A stretch of DNA of 64,000 nt. Origin: Octopus sinensis (taxonomy: Eukaryota). The stretch is taken from positions 54,684,001-54,748,000 of the forward strand of contig NC_043005.1 in NCBI RefSeq assembly GCF_006345805.1, read 5' to 3'. Position numbers and translations under genes: made by a program. The notes beneath the pieces are model-generated. The model was not told the origin of the DNA and searched no databases. It saw only the letters and a program-made list of their open reading frames with translations. Shown here one piece after another: positions 11,557 through 24,975 of this stretch (the first letter of the stretch is position 1; each line of letters opens with the position of its first letter).

Positions 11557-11960
11557 TACTCTTTCACTTATTTCAGTCATTTGACTGTGGCCATGCTGTA
11601 GCACTGCTTTAAAGAGTTTTTTAGTTGAAGAAATTGACCCCATGACTTATTCTTTGTAAGCATAGTACTAATTCTATCAGTTTCTTTTACTGAACCAATA
11701 AGTTATGGCGGTGTAAGCACAGCAACATCAGTTGTCTAGCAGTGATGGGGGTGGATAAACACAGACACAAAACACATACTCATAAATATATACATATAAA
11801 TACATGATGGGCTTCTTTCAGTTTCTCTCAACCAAATCCACTCACAAAGCTCTGGTCGGCCCGAGGCTATAGTAGAAGACACTTGCCCAAGGTGCCATGC
11901 AGTGGGACTGAACCCAGAACCATGAGGTTAGGAAGTAAGCATCTTACCATACAACCATTC
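11557..11960 (-). mobile_element. SINE family A
   Basis: Aligns over its full length with 1866-2287. Confidence 0.9.
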
Positions 11961-12397
11961 TTTGTTTTGTTTTTTTTTAACTTTTTTTCCTACCAGTGGC
12001 TATCATTATCTATTGTGGTCTTCTTTTTTATTTTTATTTTAAGAAAGTAGGAATTTTACTACAAGGAGATCTGGCTTCTAAATCTAGCACATAGTGTGGC
12101 TATGAAGCTGTTCTGGTGTTGGTTCATCTATACATGATGGTGTCATGATTCCTGGCATCTCCTGAATAATTCTTTTTTCATTCTACCTCCACTAAGTCTT
12201 CAAAACACAAGAGTAAAATATCTTACAAAAAAGAATGAGAATCAGTTTTCTAAAAGAGCATTCCCCAATCTTTTTTTGCAACATGGACCATTTTCCTGTA
12301 ACATAATTTTTCCAGTGTGGGATATCACATACATAACAAAATACAATAAAGTGCATGTAAAATAATTTAGTTATTCCTCATTTTAATGCATATATAC

Positions 12398-12800
12398 AGG
12401 TGCAGGCATAGCTGTGTGGTAAGAAGCTTGCTTCCCAGCCACATATTTCTGGGTCCAGTCCCTCTGTGTGACACCTTGGGCAAGTGCCTTCTACTATAGC
12501 CTCAGGCCTACCAAAGCCTTGTGAGTGGATTTGGTAGACGGAAACTGAAAAAAGCCCATCGTGTATATATATATGTATATATATGTGTGTATGTATATGT
12601 TTGTGTGTCTGTATTTGTCCCCCCAACATTGCTTGACAACCATGGTGGTGTGTTTATGTCCCCGTTACTTAGCAGTTCGGGAAGAGAGACCGATAGAATA
12701 AGTACTAGGCTTACAAAGAATAAGTCCTGGGGTCGACTTGCTCAATTAAAGGCAGTGCTCCAGCATAGCTGCAGTCAAATGACTGAAGCAAGTAAAAAGA
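12398..12800 (+). mobile_element. SINE family A
   Basis: Head-CORE-microsatellite-tail structure. Further copies at ~27354-27789(+), 28842-29185(-), 29790-30200(+), 30915-31332(+), 38868-39183(-), 39805-40215(+), 50911-51320(+), 55404-55865(+), 62038-62442(+). Confidence 0.9.
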
Positions 12801-14133
12801 GATTATAAGATACCAGTTCTTTTCATTGTAATGCCTCACTTTCCTAACTAGTTTCAGATTTTGGCACAAGGCTGGCAAACTTGTGGGAAGGGGTTGAGTT
12901 GATTATATTGATCCCAGTGCTCAACTGATACCTATTTTATCGACTCCAAAAGGATGAAAGACAAGGTCAACTTTGAACTCAAAACATAAAGATAGATGAA
13001 ACGCCAGTAAGCATTTTCGCCAGCATGTTTATGATTCTGCCAGCTCACCACCTCAATCTCAATTGCTAATAAAAATATCAACATTTAGTTTTCAAACCTG
13101 TTGTCTTGTGTTCAAGTGCTGGTTTAGCCATCTTTTATCAGTAATATTCTGGGTTGATTCAGTCAATTATAGTCTACCTTTATAAAATGATAAGCCTTTA
13201 ACTTGTAGAAAATAAACTAACATTTTTTATATTGTAAGTTAAGGGGAGGCAAATATACATACATACATACATACATACATACATACATACATACATACAT
13301 ACATACATACATACATACATACATACATACATACACTCAATCACACAGTGATATCTGTGCACACACACACATTTGTATATATACAAGTGCTTAGATTTAC
13401 ACATTAATACAGTTGTGTATATATGAGCAAAAGTGTATGGTTTAGTGTGGGTATATATATATGTGTGTGTGTGTATTTATATGATATGTGTGTATATATA
13501 ATATGTGTGTGTGTTTTTATATATATTATATCGTATTATATATTATATATATTATATATACATATATATATGTGTGCTAAATAAGTATGTGGTTTAGTGT
13601 GTGTGTATATATGTGTGTGTGTGTTTGTATATATATATATATATATGTATTATATTGTATTAGATATTATATATATTATGTCTTATATATACATATATAT
13701 AGGTGTGTTATATTAAATATTTTATATATATATGTATTGTATTATATATTATATATATATATATTTATGTGAGTATACAGAGAGAGAAAGAGAATCGTGT
13801 GTATGTATAGGACATTTTTTAAATCTTCTTCATCACGGTGATATTTTTCTCTATAGATCTATATCATGTATATCACCTTGTTAACACAGGATAACTGTAT
13901 TGTGATATAGCATGCATGTTTGATGCTAGTTATGTATGTGAAAAAAAAAAAAAAAAAAAAGGAAAGTAAAATCTATGAATGGTTGTTGCTTCTGTAGACT
14001 CTCTGGCTTACTGAGGCAGAGGAAATTACTTTGAAAAATGCTTTTTTATACACTGTTTTCCTTATCTAATTCATAATGTTCTTTCTTCTCTTTGATATTT
14101 TAATCTCCGAACATTCTGATGCCATATTTCTAG

Positions 14134-14190
14134 ATAACGTCAGTGCTGCTTAATATCTCAGCCATTCACACTCTGTCAGCTTGCAAATGA
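14134..14190 (+). CDS. Candidate short terminal exon
   Basis: Pyrimidine-rich tract ending ATATTTCTAG inside a ~600-bp transposon-free block. Phase 1 gives xNVSAA*; phase 0 gives ITSVLLNISAIHTLSACK*. AATAAA at 14415-14420. Confidence 0.35.
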   Translation: MTSVLLNISAIHTLSACK

Positions 14191-14494
14191 TGTATAAACT
14201 TGCTGAGCCACTAAATTTCCTATTATGCTTTCTATTCAGAAATTTAGGCTCAAAAATTCTTCGATTGTATTGTTAATTTTTTTCTTCCTTTATAATTTTT
14301 TTTTTTGCATTTTTTCTTGTTCATTGTTATTGTATTTCTTGTTTTGTGGTTGGAGTTGTTGCTTTGTTGTAATTGTTTCAGTTGTTGTTGTTATTCTTGT
14401 TGTTGTCATTGTTTAATAAAGCTGCTAAAATTTGAAAAGCACTTTATACCTTGAAATGAATCAAAAATAATACCTTCAGTAAAACAAGACTTGA

Positions 14495-14565
14495 AATATA
14501 TATTATATATATATATATATTTGTGCATGTATATTTTTATATACCTCGTATATATTTAAATATAT

Positions 14566-14621
<56 letters not shown>

Positions 14622-14945
14622 GAATGCATGTATGTATGTAAGTATATAGATGTTCGTATTATATATACATCATATATATATATGAGTATATTTGTGTGGA
14701 TATATATATATATACACACATACATATAGATACATATATATACATATATATATATCTACATATATACACATAAAATATATGTATGTATATGTATTTATAA
14801 ATCTATGTATGTATATGTTTATGTGTGTACGTATATATATATATATATGTATGTATATATCCATATATATTATATTACATACATATATTAAATTATATAT
14901 TACATTATATTATATATATATATGATATGTATGTATATATAAGCA
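14495..14945. repeat. Degenerate (TA)n/(TATG)n microsatellite field
   Basis: Directly visible. Similar fields at ~13430-13770, 20320-20720, 31990-32352, 34770-35470 and 47450-48600. Confidence 0.95.
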
Positions 14946-15821
14946 AATAGATAAAAACCTTCAAAAATGTTTTGATAAATTTAGTTAAATGAATAATATA
15001 GATGTATTGGGAGAAAGAGGGTGAGGGAACAAGAGCATAAAGATGAAAATTATTCCCAAGACCATAAAAGGAATTTCATGCTTGTTTAGATATTTTAATA
15101 TCATATTTCGCTAAATATTACTTTTTTAACAATGAATTCAAACAATAAATCTTTGAGAGGTATTTCTGTCGGAATTTTCATCTCCTATTAACTTAACATT
15201 TGTTTTTAATATGTTTTCTGACCATCAAAAATAAAATATTTTTCCGCTTTGTTTTTGGTTATTTATTTCATTTGTTATTATCTTTATTTATTTGTTTTCA
15301 AAATTTGAAATTTTTTTTATTTTTTAATGTATGAGAAATTAAAGTATATCTACAAAAAAAGTTTTTTTTTATTTTATTTTCAAATTTTATTTTATACATT
15401 TCAAGGATTTTCTATAAACGAGAATATTAAAACTGCATTAATACAAATGTTGTAACACTTATCAAAATAATTCGAAATAGCTCTGATCTCTAGGGGTGCT
15501 CCTATCATCTTAATCATTTAATCATCATTCGCATAGTATATGTCATTGTAAATCTAAATTGTTGAAAAACCCTTCTTAATGCTAACCAATCAACTGTGAA
15601 AAGAAAGTGACACATATTTTAATAGTAGATGGAGGAGGGCAGGGTGAGAAAAGTCATGTGACTTGTTAAAGAGGAATAATAAGAGAAATAGCATTACCAT
15701 TGTTTGAACATACAAACATGTAGTTTGGAATTCAGGAACTGTACTTCTTGTGTATATTTCTTTGGTACTAGAAAAATGTATGATGATTAGGATTTCGGCA
15801 GAGTATAAGAAATAAAAATAG

Positions 15822-15842
15822 ACATCATCATCATCCTCATCC

Positions 15843-15875
<33 letters not shown>

Positions 15876-16056
15876 ATATCATCGTTGTCATCGTCATCCT
15901 CCTCATCATCATCGTTGTCGTTGTCGCCGTAATCACTATTTTCATCGTCGTCATTATCATCGTTGTCATCATCATCATCAGTGTTGTTGTCTTCATCATC
16001 ATCATAATCATAATCATCATCATTATCATCAACATTATCTTCATCAACCTCATCAA
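15822..16056. repeat. Degenerate (ATC/GTC)n trinucleotide repeat
   Basis: Directly visible; source of the poly-Asp and poly-Met ORFs. Confidence 0.95.
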
Positions 16057-16365
16057 CGATTTTGATGTTTATTTTCAATGTTAAGACAGTAAGTCAGAAT
16101 CGCAATACAACATTGTTTCATCCGTTATAACCCACTATCATCTCATTTATGTTTTTCATGGTTTAGTTTAAAGAACTAGGGATAGTGCTCATGTAAAGAG
16201 TCAGGCAAAATGCTAACTGGTATTTCTTTTGGCTCTATGTGTTCTGGGTTCAAATTCTACCAAGGTCAACTTTGCCTTCCATCTTTTCAGGGTTGATAAA
16301 ATAGGTACCAGTTATCATTGTTATTATTATAATTATTATTATTATTGTTATTATTATTATTATCA

Positions 16366-16461
<96 letters not shown>

Positions 16462-16689
16462 GTAGTAGTAGTAGTAGTAGTATTCACACCAGGGTAAATG
16501 CTTGGCAGCATTTCATCCATATTTATGCTCTGAGTTCAAATTCTCATGAGGTCAACTTTGCCAATCATTCTTCCGGGGTCAATAACATAAATACCAGTTG
16601 ATTACTGAGGGTCAATATAATCAACTTATCTCTTCTCTCAAAATTACTGGCCTTGTGCCAAAATTTGAAACCATTAATATCTTATTATT

Positions 16690-17415
16690 ATTCCTTCATA
16701 ACACAGTGTAGGTAAAAATGAACCAGAGTCTTTAGTCATCTGTCAAGTCATAACAAGGACCTCAGAGAGATAGTACTTTCCTTAAGATTTATGCTGTGCC
16801 CTATAAGGCTGCTTTTTGCAAGACATCAATCTTGCATGGGATTTCCAGTTGCCTTAAAAAGTTTTGAAGTTTCAATGGGATTGAGCCCAATGCTCCGATC
16901 ATGACTGGTATCATTTTTATATTACCCTCTCATATTCCATACAGTCTTGCCATTTCCACTTTCAATTCAGAGTGCTTGGTAATTGTTTTCAACCTCTTTA
17001 CTCACAACATTCATGTCATTCAGTACGGCTACATCAATGATCTGACAGTATTTGTCTCTTTTATTTAATATGACAATATCTGACCAACGGTGTTTGATTA
17101 CATGATCTGTCAAAAAATCATAGTCCCTGAGTATTGTTATTTTTCTATTCTCCTGCATAACTTTATTTGGTACATGCTCATACCAGTTCTGTTACTTCAT
17201 ATTGGTATTTATGGCATAAGAGCCAATGAAGATACACACACACTATATTGTGGCGGTGCTTGTATTCTTTTTGTGCAAGGCTCTCACATCCACTTACTAA
17301 GTGGGTCACATTTTCCACATTCTTTCCACAGAGTCTGCATTTCTGGTGTCAGAAGTTTTATAGATGTTATACTTCACTGACTTGGTAGCAAAAGCCAGGT
17401 CTTATGCAGCAATGA
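16690..17415 (-). pseudogene. R4/Dong-like LINE 3' fragment (zinc knuckle plus restriction-like endonuclease), older copy
   Basis: CRLCGKNVENVTHLVSGC...KHRH, RWSDIVIL...CQIIDVAV, IPVMIGALGSIP...LQKAAL; several stops and frameshifts; (ATT)n on both sides. Confidence 0.85.
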
Positions 17416-17424
17416 AAATTATTA

Positions 17425-17469
<45 letters not shown>

Positions 17470-17470
<1 letters not shown>

Positions 17471-18477
17471 TTTTTTTTTCTTCTTTCAAATTTTCTTCCA
17501 TTTCTTGCCGAGTGTCTTCCCGACTCCTAGGGCAAAGAAACTCATAGTGTATATTGGTAGGCCATTAAACCAAACTCAGTAGTTCGTTCATTTTTTTTTT
17601 TTATTTTTTTTTTTTTAAAAGTTAAATTAAAATACATGAGCAGCAACAGTTCTCACATCGACAATGCTCTTCTCGATACGTGTGATGTACCAGTTAAGAC
17701 AATCTTTTGCACTTCTTGCAGGGATGGTAAGCCAGGGATCATTCTCATATAATTTTCGGTTCCCTTCTTGATCATTCCTAGTGCTCCTACGATCACTGGT
17801 ATTGTAACCGCCTTGAGATGCCACATTTTCTCAATTTCAATGAGTAGGTCTTTATATTTTCTGAGCTTGTCAAACTCTTTCGCTGAGATATTATGATCAC
17901 AGGGGATGCTCATGTCGATCAATAAGCAAACTTTATTGTTTTGGTCTTTCACAACAATATCTGGTTTATTGGCCTTGATGGTTCGGTCTGTATGTACTGG
18001 AAAGTCCCACAGAATGGTTACATTTTCTCCTTCAGTTACAGCCTCAGGGTGGTGATTATACCACTTGTCGGCAGTTTTGATATTGTAATGCCGACTTATT
18101 AGCCAGTGGAGATATTGGCCAACTCTGTCATGTCTTAATTTATACTCCACTGGTGCTAAAACTTTACATCCAGAGATTAGGTGGTCCACTGTTTCAATCA
18201 TGTCGTTGCAGAATCGGCATTTTGGGTCTGCTCCATTTTTCATCACATTGGCCTGGTAGTTCCGGGTTAATAGGCTTTGGTCTTGAGCAGCCAGGATGAA
18301 ACCTTCGCTCTCTGCTTTTAGCCCTGAGCTCCACAGCCACTGATGGGTTTGCTTCTGGTCAACATCAGCTTGTTTGCTGCGGGTCACATATTTGCCGTGC
18401 AGAGGTTTCTCCTCCCACCTATCAGCCAATTGCTCGTGCGCTTTTTTCATTGCCATCATTTTCACCTTAAAAAAACC
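17470..18477 (-). mobile_element. R4/Dong-like LINE, 5'-truncated; 270-aa open frame (17653-18465) with CCHC knuckle and PD-(D/E)xK restriction-like endonuclease
   Basis: KPLHGKY...THQWL...AAQDQSL...CRFC..ETVDHLISGC...RHDRV...ILWDF...KPDIVV...LIDMSIP...KYKDL...IPVIVGALG. Embedded in (TAA)n on both sides, the target known for Dong elements. Confidence 0.92.
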
Positions 18478-18489
18478 TTATTATTATTA

Positions 18490-18542
<53 letters not shown>

Positions 18543-18565
18543 ATTATTATTATTATTATCATTAT

Positions 18566-19106
18566 TGTGTGAGCAGTGCATGCCATCAAAGTGATACTTG
18601 GGTAAAATATACGAAGCCCAATCTACCCATCATAACTACCTGTCAGATAAGGGTACACCAGACACATGCATCACATGTGTGGCATGATCTCATATCAAGA
18701 TAAATAGCAGATGACCTTGCAGGTGAGGCCCAGTTAGAATTTTCTTCTGATCAAGTAGCCCATCCTGCTCAAAAGGTCCCTGAATAAGGGTTGTTTAAGG
18801 ATGTTGAATAAACCACCCATATTTCCAAAGGTGAATTATCCAAACCTCCAAGAATTCCTCTCAACACATAGCTATGATGCTGCCCCCACTACTTCTGCTT
18901 GTGATCAGAGATGCACGTATCGTCAGCCACTAAGGGACATGCTCAACTGGTTAAGGTCAAACAACTGACAAGCAAATCTCTGGTATTGAGCAGAATATTT
19001 GCTGTAGCCCATCTTTTATACCAAGACAAAACAATGTACATGATAACACTTCCAATCAGTTAAGATCAGAAGCCATGAGAGCCACTGTCTGGTACTGCAT
19101 CAGGGC

Positions 19107-19108
<2 letters not shown>
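18566..19108 (-). mobile_element. ~550-bp non-coding element (family E) embedded in (TAA)n
   Basis: Aligns end to end with 43656-44200(+) and partly with 44618-45005(-); both ends abut (TAA)n. Confidence 0.85.
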
Positions 19109-19160
<52 letters not shown>

Positions 19161-20388
19161 CATCATCATCATCATCATCATCATCATTATAATTATTTTA
19201 AAAGGATAATTACTCTACTCCAGCTCTATCTTGTCACTGACAAACTTATTTAATTGATTAACTGAATAGTTAATCAAACTATTGGTTAGTTATTTAGTTG
19301 AATAACTGACAAATTGCTTGATGTTAAAGAAGTGAAATTGAACTAGTGCACGTGTTTATTATTGGCATTATGACCATCTCAAGATGCAACACAAAAATCT
19401 CTGCCAAGATACAAATTCAAACCAGTGAGAATCTTACAAACAAAATACAAAATTTGAAAAACAACAACTTGGATATCAGTAAGTGTTTGTGAGTGTGTGT
19501 GTGTGTGTGTTTGTGAGTGTGCGTGTGTGTGTGAAAGTTGGTTAGATGATATATCTCCTTGCTTCATATTCATTTTAATATTCTATAAACATTTTATATA
19601 TATATATATATTTCTTTTCGGCTTATTTCATATTTCTATATTTTTGTTTCACTATATTCCTTTGATCTTTGCATCCTCATTTAGTTTCATTGTCTGGTTT
19701 TCAATGCCACCATTTACTTTTGTAAAAAAAATCATCAATACCCTATCACCCCATGTGATTCAGTAGCTTTTTTTTGTGTTTGTGTGGATGTGTGTATCTT
19801 TTTAACCCCACTTCCCATCACCTATGTTAATTTTTAATATAAATTTGATGCTCAAACACACACACACACACTGACACACATGCATGCATGCATGCATGCA
19901 CAAATTCTGTAACGCCCCCTCGAGACAGGAGATTTGCATGCATGAGCAATTACCCACACACATGCAAAAAAGAAGAAAGACTTGTATTCATGGGCACAAA
20001 TCTTGCCTAAAAGTCAGTACACATTTGTAGAGACGGGGTCAATTCTGACTGATGGAGGCCCCAGATAAACAGTAATTATTGATTATTTTTTCATCTTTTA
20101 TCTGTTATTTGCTTCAATCATTCGACTGTGGCCATGCTGCAGTACTGACTTGAAGGGTTCAGTCGAACAAAGCAACTAGAGTACTTACTTTTACAACCTG
20201 GTACTTGATTTATTGGTCTATTTTGGTGAACTGCTAAGTCCCACGAACTAAATATGCCAACATCAGTTGTCAAGTAGTGGGTGTGGGGTAAAGACATACA
20301 CAAAGACATGCACACTTAGATATATGCATACATATATATAAATATATATACATATATATATATATATACATATACATAAATACATATA

Positions 20389-20437
<49 letters not shown>

Positions 20438-20454
20438 AGGTAAGTATCTATCTG

Positions 20455-20518
<64 letters not shown>

Positions 20519-20563
20519 TCATTTTCAATCAAATCTTCTGCAAGAAATTTGGATCCCTTGGTA

Positions 20564-20635
<72 letters not shown>

Positions 20636-21039
20636 CATATGTACACACATTCACATTCATACATATATATACATATAAATATATATACATGCACACACAA
20701 ACACACGTGTATGTGTGTGTGTTGATTAGATGGTTAAGCAATTAACAAATACAACTAAAAAAGTGATATTGAACCAGTGTCTGTGTTTATTATTGGCAAA
20801 TAACCTCCCCAAGACACAACAAAATATGTTCCAACACCTAAGTTCACATCAAGAATCTAGCAAATTCAAAAATGAAATGGTAGGTTCCAAATTCTTTAAA
20901 ACAAAATATCCAATGTTGAAAAACCAATCTATTTTGGAAGAAAATATTGCAAAGAACTTATATCAAGGACAGGAAAATTGGTCAGCAGATTCAAAACATC
21001 TAGAGATCAAATTACATTAGTATCATGTTGTAGTGCTTT

Positions 21040-21392
21040 TCGTGATCATTATGAGACATGGTAACAGAAGACACCCTTCTGTCACAAATGACCACCGGAT
21101 TGCACCTAGAAAGTTTCCTTCCAATGCACAAGTCTGAGCAAGTTTGTTTTGGAAAACCAGTAGTCGCCCTTGTGTACCAGCCTCCTCTCTCCATGCCACC
21201 GATGTTATCCAGGAGAAAGGCAAATACTGATACAGCTTGGCACCAGTGACGTTGCAGCTAATTTCTAAGGCTAAGTGAACATGAAATAAAGTGTCTTGTA
21301 CAAGAATACAACACACAGCCCAGTCTGGGAATCAAACTTACAATCTCATGATTGTAACCCCAATGTTCTAACCACTGGGCCATGCACCTTCT
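21040..21392 (-). mobile_element. tRNA-derived CORE-type SINE (family D group)
   Basis: Sense head GGTGCATGGCCCAGTGGTTAGAAC...GTTTGATTCCC and CORE-like GTGTTGTATTCTTGTACAAGACACTTTATTTC. Related copies at ~24426-24735(-), 50450-50716(-), 51345-51652(-), 52075-52200(+). Confidence 0.8.
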
Positions 21393-21629
21393 CTACAAGA
21401 TAGGGCAACAACATAAACAACAATATAAAGACTGACAAAACCAAACACAAATACATAGATGTAGATATATATGTGTACTTTAGTTCCCATTTCATTATTC
21501 AGATTTCGTTTGACCATTGATTTACATGATTTCAATTTGCAGTGTGCATGGTGACTCACATAACCAGTTTTCTGTAAAAACTAAGGGTCAACTCTGAGTG
21601 TATGTCTATGTGTGTGTGTATGTGCGTGC

Positions 21630-22015
21630 ACACGTGAGTGTGGATCTCACTCATAAGGGAATCTTACTTTGTGTATAAACTTTATATTTGGAAGGACTCA
21701 TTTTATACTTTGTTGGACTTTTGGACTTTACTCATAGGATTTTGGAATATTGCATATATACCATTCTGCCTAAAAAATGGATCTACAACTTCAATAGCCA
21801 TACATATCTTGCATCTATTTTCTTTCCTCCACTTCACTCTCTATTTTGTATCACATCTACACTAATTATGATTTAACTATCCTCTCACACCATCTCCGAT
21901 GAAGGGATATAATTAATAAACATCCTAGAAACAGCTGTAAGACCTATCTATAAATGTTCTAATATCTACACAGCCTTGGTTTTTTTTATCTCATTATGCA
22001 AAAAATTCATATATT
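21630..22015 (+). mobile_element. Penelope-type terminal-repeat fragment with hammerhead-like motif at 21893-21942
   Basis: tct-CCGATGA-a-gggat...atcct-a-GAAAC-AGCT-GTA-aga. Homologous copy at 27069-27345. Ends in (TA)n. Confidence 0.65.
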
Positions 22016-22045
22016 AATATATGTATATATGTATATATATATATG

Positions 22046-22091
<46 letters not shown>

Positions 22092-22202
22092 CGTGTGTGT
22101 GTGTATACACTCATATATACTCATACATACATAAATATGTACTTATATACCTATATATATGTATGTATATAAATACATATACAGATATATATATTATATA
22201 AA

Positions 22203-22311
<109 letters not shown>

Positions 22312-22804
22312 AGAGAGAAGGAGTTAAAGAGACACAGAAAAATGTAGTACACAGAGATAGAATGCAAGAGAACAGAAACTGTGAGAGACACAATGAGAGA
22401 GAGAAGTAGTGACAGAGATGGTAGTACAGACAGAGAAATAAAAACAGCGACAATGGAAAAATTAGTGGGGAAAGGGAGTACTGAGCCTTCAGCTTCAGAG
22501 ATGCCATCTTCACCACTGAGTAATATAGCATAAGCCTACTGCCAGACATTACTTCAACTGCATTTTATAAGCACAAAATATACAGGTCAGATAATAGATT
22601 GGAATTTTTAGATATTCTGCATTGCCATATTCTTCAAGCAAAAGCAGAACAGAATGTTCTAAGAACTGGTGCATACATATGCATAAATATATGTATATAA
22701 AGATAGATAGACAGATAGATAGATAGATAGATAGATACATACATACATACATACATACATACATACATACATACATACATAGACAGGTAGATAGATAGAT
22801 AGAT

Positions 22805-23285
22805 TCTTTTATTCTTTTACTTGTTTCAGTCATTTGACTGTGGCCATGATGGAGCACTGCTTTTAGTCAAGCAAATTGACCCCAGGACTTATTCTTTGTA
22901 AACCTAGTACTTATTCTATGAGGATGTAAACACCCCACATTGGTTGTCAAGCAATGGTGAGGGGTGCAAACACAGACATACAAATACATACATAGATATA
23001 TATACCTATATGGCAGGCTTCTTTCAGTTTCCATCTACAAAATCCACTCACAAGGCTTTGTTTGGTCAGCCCGAGGCTATAGTTTGTCTATGTTTGTCTC
23101 CCACACCATCACTTGACAACTGATGTTGGTGTGTTTACGTCCCTGTAACTTAGCTGTTTGGCAAAAGAGACTCATAGAATAAGTACCAGACTTACAAAGA
23201 ATAAGTTTTGGGGTCGATTTGTTTGACTAAAGGAGGTGCTCCAGCATGGCCACAGTCAAATGACTGAAACAAGTAAAGGAATAAC
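22805..23285. mobile_element. Two partial family A SINEs fused in inverted orientation
   Basis: 22805-23082 is minus and lacks the head; it is joined directly to a plus-strand 3' half at 23083-23285. Confidence 0.85.
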
Positions 23286-23290
23286 AGAAA

Positions 23291-23325
<35 letters not shown>

Positions 23326-24063
23326 TGTATGTATGCATGTATGTATGTATGTATGTATGTATGTATATAGATAGATAGGTAGGTAGGTAGGTAGACGCAT
23401 ATATATACACGCACATATATATATATGCCTATATATAAGCATGTGTGTATGCGTAAGTGTGTGTGTGTGTGTGTTTACAGTGTAAAATGTCTGAATCTGC
23501 AAAGATGGCGGTTATTATGAAGCAAAACTGTAAATCTAAGATACAAGATATTGGTCTAGACAATACATTTATTTTCTCAAAGAACAAATGCAGCTTGAAG
23601 TATCTTCTTAAAATGCTTACCAGCAATTTCAGATTCCAGATTCTACAACGAAAGCTTTCCATTATGTGCATACACTAGCACAAGCTGTTATACGCTCTGT
23701 GCACACTGAAAGAAAATTCGTATCCCATTGATATTTTTGTTTTCTGGAGACATTCTCCTCCAGTTTCTTTCTTTTGATTGTTTTTTAATATTTCAATGTA
23801 TTTTTTTTTGTTGTTGTTGATATTGTTTTGTTTTGCTTTGTGAGTGAGTGTATGTTTGTGTGTGATTCTTATTTCATTTTTCTCTTATTTTATCATTTTC
23901 ATCTATCGTTATATACGTGTAAGTTTATTAGTTTGTTTTATGAGTATATTTCATATATATTTTATGTGTGCATATATACTGTTTTATGCATATGTTTATA
24001 TTTGTATGTATGTGTGCGTGTGAGTGTATGTATTTGCTTATTCATTTTTCTTTCTTATTGCAG

Positions 24064-24171
24064 TTTGTTAGCAATAATGCCTTTGGTTACAGGTTTCCAA
24101 TGGGCCAATCATTGGTTCACTGCATTTCTGACAGTGAGAGTGACAAGGGAGTGTCTGTATCTCGATGCTGA
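24064..24171 (+). CDS. Candidate exon of unidentified host gene
   Basis: Strong acceptor TTTTTCTTTCTTATTGCAG followed by complex, higher-GC sequence. Phase 0 gives FVSNNAFGYRFPMGQSLVHCISDSESDKGVSVSRC*; another frame is also open (LLAIMPLVTGFQWANHWFTAFLTVRVTREC...). Confidence 0.4.
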   Translation, partial: FVSNNAFGYRFPMGQSLVHCISDSESDKGVSVSRC

Positions 24172-24879
24172 ACAAATCTCAAAGGACTTTGTTCATAAGG
24201 CAGTATTTCTTTTTTTTTTTTTCTTGCAGTAAGGTTTACATCCATCATTGATATATATTTTTGAGGGATGTATGTGTGTGAGAGTGAATATGTGTTGTAT
24301 AATTGTGTATATACACAATTATGGCTGGTAAGCAAATTTGTTAACCATACAGCCAATATATATATGTATGTATATAAGTGTGTGTGTGTCTGTATGTGTG
24401 TGTGTGTGTGTGTGTGTGTATATAAAGGAGCACTCCGTCGGTTACGACGATGAAGGTCCCAGCCAATACGATCAATGGAATAGCTTGCAAGTGACTGAGC
24501 AATCCACAGACATGTGTACCCCTAATGTAGTTCTCAGGAAGATTCAGCGTGACACAAAGTGTGACAAGACTGGCCCTTTGAAATACAGGTATAACTCATT
24601 TTTGCCAGCTGAGTGGATTGGAGCAACATGAAATAAAATGTCTTGCTCAAGGACACAACACGTCGCCAGGAATTGAACTCATGACCTTACACTCATGAGC
24701 CGAATGCCCTAACCATTAAGCCAAGCACCTTCACAATATATATATTGTGCTTTTCTAACAAAAATTTCATATTAGTAATACAACTATTTTAAAGTTTGAC
24801 TTTGTTTTCTTTTTCTTATTTTTAAAGAATTTTTTCATATTTCTTCATTAGCCCTTTTTTGTTTCGTTGGAAACAATAG

Positions 24880-24975
24880 CATTCCAATATCATCTGTTAC
24901 CATTTCAAATCTTTCACCATTTCCTCGTCTGAAGAACAGGATGGCAACAATGGTGTGTTGGTTGCATGCACTGCA
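24880..24975 (+). CDS. Candidate 96-nt frame-preserving cassette exon
   Basis: T-rich tract ending AACAATAG and donor GCA|GTAGGT at 24976. Open in phase 0 (HSNIICYHFKSFTISSSEEQDGNNGVLVACTA) and phase 2; phase 1 stops at 24932. Confidence 0.35.

Noticed and set aside
15590-16078. 162-aa poly-Asp ORF
   Set aside because: It is an (ATC/GTC)n repeat open in several frames, with no domain or splice support.
20730-21020. 96-aa non-repetitive ORF
   Set aside because: No recognisable motif or convincing splice sites; A-rich composition can explain the open frame.
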